Source of the DNA: Alphaproteobacteria bacterium
GTDB lineage: Bacteria; Pseudomonadota; Alphaproteobacteria; UBA828
Direction: 5' to 3'
Assembly (NCBI GenBank): GCA_965220745.1
Contig: CBDCQT010000010.1
Location: 480,001 to 544,000, forward strand
Length of the DNA: 64,000 bases
A model generated the notes under the pieces. That model was not told where the DNA came from and did no database searches. It saw only the letters and a list, made by a program, of their open reading frames with translations. Below are positions 38,934 to 48,030 of this stretch, piece by piece. The translations under genes and the position numbers were made by a program. Every line of letters starts with the position of its first letter. Position 1 is the first letter of the stretch.

Positions 38934-39353
38934 TCAGCCGCAGCCGCCAACGGTGACCGCGATCTTCTGGGAGGCCTCGCGGAACGTGCCGTCCGCCATC
39001 TCCGCCACCGCGTAGACGGTCTGGCTCTGCGCGAGCCGGATGCGGATCGTGGCTTCGGGCCGCACCAGCCTGCCGAAGTTGAAGACCGCGACGCCGGGAT
39101 TCGGGTTTCCGTCGTTGAAGAGGGCGATGCGTCGCGCGCCCTCGGCCACGACCCGGATCGGCACGGCGCCGCCGTTGTCGAAGATTTCGGGCGCGTCGAG
39201 CAGCACGCCGCCTTCTAGCCGCAGCGCGCTTCCGGTGAATTCGTCGATGGCCTGCCAGACGCCGTTGGAGGCCTGGGCCGCACCGGCCGGGATCAGCGCA
39301 GCCGCCGTGGCGGAAGCGCTGAGCAGCAATACATCCCTGCGTGTCGGTGCCAT
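38934..39353 (-). CDS. soxY: Sulfur carrier protein SoxY
   Basis: Tat TRRDVL, PEI..NG..VP, NPNP, RIRLAQ, C-terminal VTVGGCG. Confidence 0.92.
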   Translation of the reverse strand: MAPTRRDVLLLSASATAAALIPAGAAQASNGVWQAIDEFTGSALRLEGGVLLDAPEIFDNGGAVPIRVVAEGARRIALFNDGNPNPGVAVFNFGRLVRPEATIRIRLAQSQTVYAVAEMADGTFREASQKIAVTVGGCG

Positions 39354-39489
39354 CGTGCAGCCTTCTCCCGCTCGCGGGGTCATGGGCGATATGGCGCCCC
39401 TTGGCGGCACCCGTCAAGCCCCCGGTGCGCGGGCGCTCGCATGCGTCTGTCGTCAAGCACTATGTTCAGTTACTTTCGACTACCGACCT

Positions 39490-40281
39490 TTAGTCGTCGC
39501 CTGTCCATCGTTCTTCTCGCTCTTGATCGCGCGCCTCCGCAGTGCGCCCTTCCGCATCGTTGGTGTATTCGGTGGCCATGACTCCCTGAACCGGAGCGAT
39601 CATGACTTTGTTTAAGTTGAGAAATTGGACGAGGGTATCAATCTCTTCCGCTGTGGTCAGGCGAAAGGAGCCCTCTAGGGCCGTCCCATCAAACGCCGCA
39701 CGGAATGGCGTTCCCTGTTGCGGAGGTGGTGGCGGCGCCAAATCGGCACCCGACGACATGCTCGGTTGCATTGTTTGGTCCGCCTCTTTGCCAAGTTCAG
39801 CAGGACCTTGATCGTAGAAAGCACTCTCGCGTTCGGCAAGCTCCATTGTTTCACGATAGGCGAGCAAAGCGATGCCTGCCGCCCCACTATTGAAGTTATT
39901 TCGCAAAAGATAGTTCCGCAGAAGTCCCTCGTTGTCCCGGCCGCCGGGGAAACGCTCGGTTAGGGTCGCGAAGAGTTCCGGGTCAGATGCAGCATCCTGG
40001 ATGGCGCTCACACGCTCCTGGGGAGATTCAGGGTGGAGGCACTTCATCCCGCGCTCACTGATCTTGAGGTCGCTTCCCTGGCGCTCCAAAAGACCGTATT
40101 TCTTCAAAGCTGATACGGCCGTCGCAGACTTGCCATGCAGACCGGAATAGCCCAGCCCCGTCGCTATGTCCTCTCGCGGCGCGGGGTGCGCCTGGACCGC
40201 GTTCCACAGCCTCTGCAGGCGCTCCAACGCCTCCGGTAGCCCGAGGGCAGGGTAGTTCGGGGATCGCGCTCGCTTGCTCAT
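39490..40281 (-). CDS. Hypothetical protein, probable winged-helix N-domain (DUF5343-like, tentative)
   Basis: RSPNYP..L.EAL...IATGLGY....SALKKYGLLE. Codon usage less GC3-biased than neighbours; RBS GGAG. Confidence 0.7.
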   Translation of the reverse strand: MSKRARSPNYPALGLPEALERLQRLWNAVQAHPAPREDIATGLGYSGLHGKSATAVSALKKYGLLERQGSDLKISERGMKCLHPESPQERVSAIQDAASDPELFATLTERFPGGRDNEGLLRNYLLRNNFNSGAAGIALLAYRETMELAERESAFYDQGPAELGKEADQTMQPSMSSGADLAPPPPPQQGTPFRAAFDGTALEGSFRLTTAEEIDTLVQFLNLNKVMIAPVQGVMATEYTNDAEGRTAEARDQEREERWTGDD

Positions 40282-40359
40282 CGTTATTCTCCACTCGTAC
40301 GTGGTGGGGAGAATAACACGCTCCCTCGTGTACGTAAAACTTTTTTCACGACTTCCAGG

Positions 40360-40388
40360 TTGACGAGAGACTCTGGCAATAGCAGAAT
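40360..40388 (+). promoter_or_regulatory. Putative sigma70 promoter
   Basis: TTGACG-N17-CAGAAT, upstream of the structured RNA / tRNA-like element. Confidence 0.55.
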
Positions 40389-40415
40389 GAGCCCCAGAGC
40401 GAGTCGGAGGCGCAT

Positions 40416-40505
40416 ATGAACAGAAGAGAGTGGAGCCCCCACCGGTATCGCCGAGCGCTGGCGGGGGCGAGGACAAACAGCAGGGGCCGCTGCCCAGCTC
40501 CCTAA
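40416..40505 (+). CDS. Putative 29-aa leader peptide
   Basis: GGAGG at 40406-40410, ATG at 40416, MNRREWSPHRYRRALAGARTNSRGRCPAP, TAA stop. Confidence 0.3.
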   Translation: MNRREWSPHRYRRALAGARTNSRGRCPAP

Positions 40506-40541
40506 GACGCAAGCAGCGGCCCCGAATCGGCCCGTCTTAGG
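40483..40541 (+). ncRNA. Predicted H-type pseudoknot abutting the tRNA-like element
   Basis: 40483-40493 pairs with 40513-40523 (11 bp, perfect); 40501-40509 pairs with 40533-40541 (9 bp, perfect). Confidence 0.5.
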
Positions 40542-40630
40542 AGGCGTAGCAGAGCGGTCGAATGCAGCGGTCCTTAAAAACCGCCGGACCTCCCTTGGTC
40601 TCGTGGGCTCGAAGCCCACCGCCTCCGCCA
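40540..40630 (+). tRNA. Non-canonical tRNA: serine-type body, 8-nt anticodon loop CCTTAAAA
   Basis: Acceptor GGAGGCG/CGCCTCC-G-CCA, D arm GCA..TGC, anticodon stem GCGGT/ACCGC, long variable arm GGACC/GGTCT, T arm GTGGG-CTCGAAG-CCCAC. Confidence 0.75.
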
Positions 40631-40847
40631 GACCCCACTAAGGCCGATGTGTCCATAGCACGTCGGCCAACTTTTTAAAATCAATCTTTTGCCCAGCGTT
40701 TCGAAGCGGCCTTCCGCACGATTTCCCGCCGCCGCTCGGGCGAGAGGGGCGGACTTCGAACTGACGCAGTACCGTGCATTGACGCGCCCCGGCCTTCGCG
40801 CGAGCATAACAGATTCCGCGAGTGTGGCTCTCAGGGAGGAACGGGAC

Positions 40848-42122
40848 ATGGCGCGCACCGTCTTCACCAACGTCAGCATCTTCGACGGCACCGGCAAGAG
40901 GCCCTTCCGGGGCGAGGTGTCGATCCAGGGCAACCGTATCGAGAAGGTCGCCAGGAACGGCCAGAAGCTGTCGCGGCGGGGCGCTGCGGTGGTGGACGGC
41001 GACGGCGCCACGCTGATGCCGGGGCTCGTCAACGCCCACTGCCACATGAGCTACACCGGGCCGGAAGCGATGTCCGAGATCCCGCCCGAGGAGCACACGC
41101 TCATCACCATGCACAACGCCAAGACGATCATCGATCACGGCGTGACCGCGGCTGTGGGCGCGGGCGCGGCGAAGACACGCCTCGATATCGTGATCCGGAA
41201 CGAGATCGACGCCGGCCGCATCCCCGGTCCGCGCTACCGCGCCTGCTCGCCGGAGATCACGGTCACCGGCGGCCTCGGCGACCAGCGCATGCTGCACTAC
41301 TACAAGAACGACCTCTCGCTCTTCGCCGATGGGCCGGAGGAGATCCGCCAGGCCTGCCGCATGCTGGTCCGCGAAGGCGTGGACATCATCAAGCTCATGC
41401 CGTCGGGCGATCACCTGATCCCCGGTGCCTGCGATGCCACCCAGAGCGCGATGGACGAGGACGAGATCGCCGCCGGCGCGCGGGTCGCGCACCAGCGGGG
41501 CCGCCGCCTCGCCGCGCACGCGCGCAATCCGGAATCGATCCGGCTCTGTATCAAGTACGGGATCGAGCTGATCTACCACGCGACCTACGCGGACGAGGAA
41601 TCTCTCGACCTGCTGGAGGAGCACAAGGACAGGCACTGGGTGGTGCCGGCGATCGGCTTCACCCACGCGACTGCCTACGAGGCCGGCGAGTTCGGCATCT
41701 CGCCGGCGGAAGCCGAGTCATGGGGCTTCGTCCGCGAGCTCGAGATCGGAGCCGAGACCCTGAAGAAGATGCACGCGCGCGCAATCAAGGTGCTGCCCTT
41801 CGGCGACTACGGCTTCCCCTGGACGCCGCACGGCCAGATGGCGCGGGACTTCGAGCACTTCACCAACTACCTCGGCATGAAGCCCTACGAGATCATGCGG
41901 GCCGCGACCCACTACGGCGCCCAGGCCTTCGCTGCGCCGGACGAGCTGGGCCGCGTCAAGCCGGGCTGCCTCGCCGACCTGCTGCTGATCGACGGCAATC
42001 CGCTCGCCGATCTCACGCTCTTCCAGGACGAGGCGAACATCCTGATGGTCATGAAGGACGGCGCCTATCACAAAGCGCCGCAGGCGCGGCAGAGGGTCGT
42101 GCAGCAGGCCGCAGCCGAGTAG
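40848..42122 (+). CDS. Metal-dependent amidohydrolase
   Basis: MPGLVNAHCH, IIKLM, AAHA, YHAT, ADLLLIDGNPL. Confidence 0.88.
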   Translation: MARTVFTNVSIFDGTGKRPFRGEVSIQGNRIEKVARNGQKLSRRGAAVVDGDGATLMPGLVNAHCHMSYTGPEAMSEIPPEEHTLITMHNAKTIIDHGVTAAVGAGAAKTRLDIVIRNEIDAGRIPGPRYRACSPEITVTGGLGDQRMLHYYKNDLSLFADGPEEIRQACRMLVREGVDIIKLMPSGDHLIPGACDATQSAMDEDEIAAGARVAHQRGRRLAAHARNPESIRLCIKYGIELIYHATYADEESLDLLEEHKDRHWVVPAIGFTHATAYEAGEFGISPAEAESWGFVRELEIGAETLKKMHARAIKVLPFGDYGFPWTPHGQMARDFEHFTNYLGMKPYEIMRAATHYGAQAFAAPDELGRVKPGCLADLLLIDGNPLADLTLFQDEANILMVMKDGAYHKAPQARQRVVQQAAAE

Positions 42123-42137
42123 CCCAGCAGACCCGCG

Positions 42138-43310
42138 ATGGCGGCGCCCGACCGGGAGACGCTGCTCGCCGGCGCGGAAGCGCTGATCCCCGTGCTGCGC
42201 GAGCGGGTGCCGGAGGCGGAGTCCCTCCGGCGCATTCCCGACGCGTCCATCGCCGACCTCGTGGACAGCGGCCTGATCCGGGCGACGCTGCCGGCGCGCC
42301 TCGGCGGGGCCGAGGTGGACTATGGCACGATGATGGAGATCGTGGCGCTGCTCTCGCGCGGCTGCGCGTCCACCGGCTGGGTCTACTGCAACCTCGCGAG
42401 CTGCACCTTCAAGCTCGCGCTCTGGCCCGAGCGGGCGCAGGACGAGATTTGGGACGCGGACAAGGACGCGCTGCTGACCGGCAATCTGATCTTCCCCTGC
42501 GGCAAGGCGACACGGGTGGACGGCGGCTATCGCCTAAGCGGGCGCTGGCCCTTCGGCAGCGGCATCGACCACGCCTGCGCCAACTTCTTCGGCGCCATGG
42601 TGGTGGACAGGGAGCCGCAGGAGTTCCGCATCTTCCTGGTGCCGAAGGGCGAGTACACCGTGCTCGACACCTGGCACGCGTCGGGCCTGCGCGGCACCGG
42701 CAGCAACGACGCCGCGGTGGATGACCTGTTCGTGCCGGAATACCGCACCATCGACGCGGCGAGTACGCGCCACGGCGCCGCACCCGGCAACGCGTTGAAC
42801 ACCGGCGCGGTCTACCGGCTGCCGCTCTTCGCCATGTTCTTCACCTGGGTCGGCGCGGCGGTGCTGGGCATCGCCGAGGCGGCGGTCGAGGGCTATGTCG
42901 AGGCCACCCGCACCCGCGCCGCGCACTATTCGGGCCAGCGGCTCGCCGAGCTCGGCACCATCCACGTCAAGATCGCCGAGGCCCGCGCCGCCGTGGCGAC
43001 GGCGCGGCGCATCTACCTCGGCAACTGCGCCGAGGCGACGGCGATCGCCGAGGGAGGCGCGCTGCCGGATGCCGAGGCCCGCGCCCGCTACCGGGCCGAG
43101 GGCGCCTACGCCGCCAAGCTCTGCTGCCAGGCGGTGGACATGATCACCGCGGCGAGCGGCGGCGGCGGCGTCTACGACCGCAACCCCCTCTCCCGTGCCT
43201 TCCGCGACATCCACGCGGGCTCGGCCCACATCACCCAGACCTGGGACCCCAACGCGATCACCTACGGCCGCTTATCGCTCGGCCTGGAAACCGACAACCC
43301 GCTTCTCTAG
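42138..43310 (+). CDS. Flavin-dependent monooxygenase, acyl-CoA dehydrogenase fold (HsaA/HpaH-like)
   Basis: LSGRWPFGSG.DH, W..SGLRGTGSND, RAFRD.H.G.AH. Confidence 0.85.
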   Translation: MAAPDRETLLAGAEALIPVLRERVPEAESLRRIPDASIADLVDSGLIRATLPARLGGAEVDYGTMMEIVALLSRGCASTGWVYCNLASCTFKLALWPERAQDEIWDADKDALLTGNLIFPCGKATRVDGGYRLSGRWPFGSGIDHACANFFGAMVVDREPQEFRIFLVPKGEYTVLDTWHASGLRGTGSNDAAVDDLFVPEYRTIDAASTRHGAAPGNALNTGAVYRLPLFAMFFTWVGAAVLGIAEAAVEGYVEATRTRAAHYSGQRLAELGTIHVKIAEARAAVATARRIYLGNCAEATAIAEGGALPDAEARARYRAEGAYAAKLCCQAVDMITAASGGGGVYDRNPLSRAFRDIHAGSAHITQTWDPNAITYGRLSLGLETDNPLL

Positions 43311-43322
43311 CCCGGCGAAGAA

Positions 43323-43952
43323 TCAGTGGCGCTTGAGCGCCGGGAAGCCGGGGTATTCCGAGGCGTGGTCGCCGGCGTGGTTCGCCATGCCGAGCTTGGT
43401 GAGGCAGCCCTTGGGCGCCGCAAAGCTCTCGATGCGCCGGTTGGGCTGCTCGCACCAGCGAAGATTGAAGGCGGCGTAGGTGGGGAAGAACGCCATGTCC
43501 GAGTACGGCAGGTTGTCGTGTATCCACCAGGCGAGGGCCTGCCAGGGCGTGCCCGCTTCGTAGCGCGGGATGAACCAGGGAATCACGATACAGGCGGTCG
43601 CCCCCATGTGGCCCTCGGCATCGCGGCGATCCCACACGTGGCGGGCATAGTTCCAGGTGGTCTCGCCGCAGTTGTAGCCTTTGTCCGACCGCTCGTGGCC
43701 GTAGGTGTTGACCTCGACGGAGCGGAAGGCGGAGCGGATCGAGACATGGCCGAAGGTGGCGTGCAGGGGCTCCAGCAGCTCCTCGCAGAGCCTAGTCCCG
43801 GCCGCGACGGCGAGATCGGGATCGTCCGGAATGTTGGGTATCCCGTGGAAGTTCGCGATCTCGCTATGGAGCATCTCGCGCATGAAGAAGTGCTCGGACA
43901 GCCGGACTCGGCCGAGCCTTTCGAGGGCCTTCATGGAGGCGGGCTTGCGCAT
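43323..43952 (-). CDS. Conserved hypothetical protein, peptidase M15-like
   Basis: RLSEHFFMRE, LCEELLEPL, IRSAFRS.EVN, H.W. Confidence 0.65.
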   Translation of the reverse strand: MRKPASMKALERLGRVRLSEHFFMREMLHSEIANFHGIPNIPDDPDLAVAAGTRLCEELLEPLHATFGHVSIRSAFRSVEVNTYGHERSDKGYNCGETTWNYARHVWDRRDAEGHMGATACIVIPWFIPRYEAGTPWQALAWWIHDNLPYSDMAFFPTYAAFNLRWCEQPNRRIESFAAPKGCLTKLGMANHAGDHASEYPGFPALKRH

Positions 43953-44145
43953 GGGCTACTCCTTTTCGGGACGGGACCGCAGGCAGGATACGCAATCCGG
44001 AGCCGACCGTGACAGTACCCGTCTGCAGCGTTCTTCGGCGCGGGCATGTGCCGCGCGACCCGCTGGCGTTGCGGCACTCTTGCGACCGTGGAGCGATTTG
44101 GATAGGGTCCGCCGCGTGGCCGGCGCCGGGCGCCGCGCCCCTCGC

Positions 44146-44222
44146 GCGCTCGTAGCTCAGCTGGATAGAGCACCAGACTACGAATCTGGGGGTCGGGGGT
44201 TCGAATCCTCCCGAGCGCGCCA
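44146..44222 (+). tRNA. tRNA-Arg(ACG)
   Basis: GCGCTCG TAGCTCAG...CT-ACG-AA...GTTCGAATC...CGAGCGC GCCA. Confidence 0.96.
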
Positions 44223-44509
44223 ATCCTTCACGGGACTTACGGGATTATTCGCCGATTTCAGGGGTCCGATTTGCCACTTTAGTCACCCCCAATTCTCCCT
44301 TTTGGGCACTATTCGGCGATTGTGTTCCCGATTCCAGCCTCACCATCGATATCGGCGACCAACACGTCAGCGGCTCTGTCCTCGTTCGGCTTGGGCGTAC
44401 TCTGCTGCACGACTGCCGCTCTGCACGTAAGATGCTTGATTCAAAGCCGGAACCTGCACCAAGTTCCGGCTTCGACGCCATACCCGAGACTCGAGGAGCG
44501 ACACCGACG

Positions 44510-44650
44510 ATGAGCCAGCCTGCCGAAATCTTCGGACGCGACCCGGTCGCGATCGTCGATACCCTGGTCCGTCGCGGGCGCGCGGCCATGGAGGCCTTCG
44601 CGGCCTCGGATCAGCCGCGGGTGGACGAGGCGGTGACCGCTTTGGGATAT
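44510..44650 (+). pseudogene. N-terminal fragment of an acylating aldehyde dehydrogenase (SauS-like)
   Basis: RBS GAGGAG; LVRRGRAAMEAFAASDQPRVDEAVTAL, after which similarity is lost. Confidence 0.55.
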
Positions 44651-44815
44651 ACTGCGGGTGCACGCACGGCTCGGCCGGGCTCGGCGCTATGCCAACCGTC
44701 GCGGTGGCAGCAGGTGCCGCTTGGCTTGCCGCACACACGGCCGTGTGGTGCTTGGCCGGACCCCTTGCTAAAGGGGCGAACAGCGCCCGCAGCATAATTT
44801 GCACGGGAACTCGGA

Positions 44816-45874
44816 ATGCCCGAACGCAGATCACTGCGGAGCAAACAGTCCTCGCGAAGGATCACTTTGCGGGATGTTGCGCGCGAGGCTGGGGTCTCGG
44901 TCGCCACCGCATCGCGGGTCCTGAACAACTCACCATCCGTTTCACCGGAAACCCGCGAGGACGTGCTGCGAGTCTTCGCCAAGCTCGATTTCGCGCCCGA
45001 CCCGCTCGCGCGTGCGCTCAACGCAGGCGGCACCAACACGGTTGGCGCGGTGATTCCCACCATTAATCACGCCATTTTTGCGGCGTTCCTGGAAGCGCTG
45101 GAGGCCAGACTGGACGCCAACGGCTATCGCCTGCTCATTGCCACGACGGGCATGGACCGCCGCGTGGAACTCGAGCGCGCCCGATCGTTGCTCGAAATGG
45201 GCGCGAGGGCACTGATCGTAACCGGGCTGGATCACGAACCCGAGCTCACCGGCCTGGCCAAACGGTTCGGAGCGCCCGTGGTCGCAACCTCGATCTACGA
45301 GGCCTCCGCCTCGATGCCGACCATCGGCTACGACAACGTCGAGCTCGGGCGCCAGGCCATGCAGCATCTGCTCGACCTCGGCCACAGGGATGTCGCCCTG
45401 GTCTCCGGGCCCACGGCGCAGAACGACCGAGCCCGTTTCAGGATTCGCGGCGCGGAATCCGTCGATGGCGTGCGTTCGCTGCGAATTATAGAGACGGAGC
45501 TGAGCGTCGGGGGCGGCGTCGTTGCCGCGAAGCAGGCTCTGGCGTGGGACCGTCGGCCGACGGCACTGCTTTGCGTCACCGATCTCGTCGCGCTCGGAGC
45601 GATGTTCGAGCTTCAGCGCAGCGGGCTCCAGCTGCCTCAAGACATGTCGGTCCTGGGGTTCGATCACATCTCGTGGTCCGAACACAGCTATCCGCGCTTG
45701 ACCTGCATAAGCTTGCCCGTCGCCGCGATGGGCCAGGAGAGCGCGCAGGCGATCTGCGACTTTCTCACAGACGGCACGCCAATCCCCTCGGTTCGGTTGC
45801 AGGGTGAAATCAAGGTGCGCGGCTCTACCTGCCCACCACCGGACGTGTCCCAAACCTCGGGTGGGCCGGCATGA
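44816..45874 (+). CDS. LacI family transcriptional regulator
   Basis: TLRDVAREAGVSVATASRVLN HTH; DMSVLGFD, PRLT. Confidence 0.92.
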   Translation: MPERRSLRSKQSSRRITLRDVAREAGVSVATASRVLNNSPSVSPETREDVLRVFAKLDFAPDPLARALNAGGTNTVGAVIPTINHAIFAAFLEALEARLDANGYRLLIATTGMDRRVELERARSLLEMGARALIVTGLDHEPELTGLAKRFGAPVVATSIYEASASMPTIGYDNVELGRQAMQHLLDLGHRDVALVSGPTAQNDRARFRIRGAESVDGVRSLRIIETELSVGGGVVAAKQALAWDRRPTALLCVTDLVALGAMFELQRSGLQLPQDMSVLGFDHISWSEHSYPRLTCISLPVAAMGQESAQAICDFLTDGTPIPSVRLQGEIKVRGSTCPPPDVSQTSGGPA

Positions 45875-46152
45875 GCCGCGGGTAGCACGCGGGTTTTCCC
45901 GCCAGACGATCGGACAAAGCTACTCGCCCCCGAGCGTCGACTGCGGACATTGAGAATTCTTCGGCAATCCGAGCAGTTTGCTGCGGTCTATTGGGAGTTG
46001 CGCGAATGCCACTTCGGGATCAGGTCGGTCACGTCGTGACGGTAACCTCTGTGGCTGGTAGCCGGTGAACATTCCGGCGTCGGGGAATGCGCAGTTATGG
46101 GCATTCCTAACGTGAATGCGGGGATCCCCAGCGATAGGCACACCTATCGCGA

Positions 46153-47763
46153 TCAACCGTCCTGGGGTCCACTAAGGGTGAAGCCCTCATAGCCCTTGGC
46201 TGCGATTTCATCACAAATACCGCGGTAAACGCCGACGCCGCCGACATAGGGATAAATGACGCGCGGCTTGCCCGGGATGTTCGCGCCGACATACCAGGTG
46301 TTGGACTGAAAGAAGAGCGTCTTGTCGGCCGCGTCATTGACGTGGTGCATCCACTCGTCTTCGGCCTCCACGGACGCCTCGATGCTGTCGAGTGCGTGCT
46401 CCCCCAGGTAGTCGATGCAGTCGGCGATCCATTCGATGTGTTGCTCGAGCGAGTTCATCATGTTGCTGAGCACCGAGGGGCTGCCGGGGCCCGTGACGGT
46501 AAAGAGGTTGGGGAAGCCCGCGACCGCGAGCCCCAGATAGGACCTCGGGCCATTCGACCATTTCTGCTTGAGCCGAATGCCGTCCCGGCCCCGAATGTCG
46601 ATGTTGAAGAGCGCACCGGTCATGGCGTCGAAGCCCGTGGCGAACACGATGGCGTCGAGCTCGTACTCTTTGCCGCCGGCCTTGAGGCCGCTCGGTGTAA
46701 TCTCTTCGATTGGCGTAGCCTTCACGTCCACCAGGCTGACATTGCTGCGGTTGAAGGTCTCGTAATAGTCAGTATCGACGCACATCCGCTTTGTGCCGAG
46801 CGGGTGATCCTTTGGACACAGCAGCTCCGCGACCTCGGGGTCGTCGACCCGCTGGCGGATCTTGTCGTGCACGAACTCTACGGCAAAATCGTTCGAAGCC
46901 TTATTGGTGATGAGGTCGTTGAAGGACTGCAGGAAATTGAAGGAGCCCTCCCGCCACCGCCGCTCGAACGTCCCCTCGCGTACTTCCGGCGAGACTTCGA
47001 GCGCCGAAGTTTCGGAGATCTCGAAGATATCGCCGACGCGCGTGCCGCGGGCGCGCTGTCGCAGCTCGGGATAGCGCGACTTCCACATCTGCACGTCGTC
47101 GTCGCTGAGCGGGCCGTTCCACGCCGGAATGCTGAAGTTCGGTGTACGCTGGAAGACCGTGAGGTGAGCCGCCTGCGCGGCAATCACCGGTATCGACTGA
47201 ACACCGGACGAGCCCGTCCCAATCACGGCGACGCGCTTGCCTGTGAAGTCGATCTGCTCATGCGGCCAGAGGCCGGTGTGATACCAGTCGCCTTCGAAGC
47301 GTTCCAAGCCCTCGTAATCGGGGATGTGCGGGGTCGACATACAGCCCGTCGCCATGATGCAGAACCTGGCGGAGAGGCGCTCACCGCGGTTTGTGTCGAC
47401 GATCCACCGGTTCGCGGCATCGTCGAACACCGCGCTCGTGACACGGGTCTCCAACTGTATGTCTCGTCTGAGGTCGAATCTGTCCAGAACGTGCTCTATG
47501 TAGCGCAGGATCTCCGGCTGTCTCGCGTAGCGCTCGGTCCACGTCCACTCTTGCTGGAGTTCGTCGGAGAACGAGTAGGAATAGGTCATGCTCTCCACGT
47601 CGCAGCGCGCACCGGGATAGCGGTTCCAGTACCAGGTGCCGCCGGCGCCGCCGCCCGCCTCGATCACCTGAGCGGAAAGTCCCAACTCGCGGCAGCGCTT
47701 CAGCATGTAGATGCCCGAGAAGCCGGCGCCAACGATGATGGCGTCGATGTTGGCCCGTTGCAT
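46153..47763 (-). CDS. Type I Baeyer-Villiger monooxygenase
   Basis: GAGFSG, GGTWYWNRYPGARCD, FEGDWYHTGLWP fingerprint, GTGSSG, ATGFDA. Confidence 0.93.
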   Translation of the reverse strand: MQRANIDAIIVGAGFSGIYMLKRCRELGLSAQVIEAGGGAGGTWYWNRYPGARCDVESMTYSYSFSDELQQEWTWTERYARQPEILRYIEHVLDRFDLRRDIQLETRVTSAVFDDAANRWIVDTNRGERLSARFCIMATGCMSTPHIPDYEGLERFEGDWYHTGLWPHEQIDFTGKRVAVIGTGSSGVQSIPVIAAQAAHLTVFQRTPNFSIPAWNGPLSDDDVQMWKSRYPELRQRARGTRVGDIFEISETSALEVSPEVREGTFERRWREGSFNFLQSFNDLITNKASNDFAVEFVHDKIRQRVDDPEVAELLCPKDHPLGTKRMCVDTDYYETFNRSNVSLVDVKATPIEEITPSGLKAGGKEYELDAIVFATGFDAMTGALFNIDIRGRDGIRLKQKWSNGPRSYLGLAVAGFPNLFTVTGPGSPSVLSNMMNSLEQHIEWIADCIDYLGEHALDSIEASVEAEDEWMHHVNDAADKTLFFQSNTWYVGANIPGKPRVIYPYVGGVGVYRGICDEIAAKGYEGFTLSGPQDG

Positions 47764-48030
47764 CAGTCCGCCTCCTAAGCCGTCTCAAACGCTTCCCGGC
47801 GCGCCGCGCGAGCGGTCGCCTGGGCCTCAGCCTCGATATCATCGCTTGGATTGTCAACGGCGGCCGGACTATGTACCGGCGCGGCTGCATCTCAACCTAA
47901 CCAGTGATACCGAATTAGAGGCTCAGTTCAGAAGGTCCAAACCCGGAAGTTATCCGCGAAATGCGGGCCCAAGAAAAGCCCGGCCGCAAAGAACGGCCGG
48001 GCCAATAATTCTCGGGCTGGCGACCGGGTG

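Noticed and set aside
40540-40630. tRNA-Sec or an ordinary tRNA-Leu(TAA)
   Set aside because: There is no UCA anticodon or 8-bp acceptor stem. The G discriminator and acceptor/variable arm are serine-like, whereas Leu tRNAs use A73, and the loop has 8 nt.
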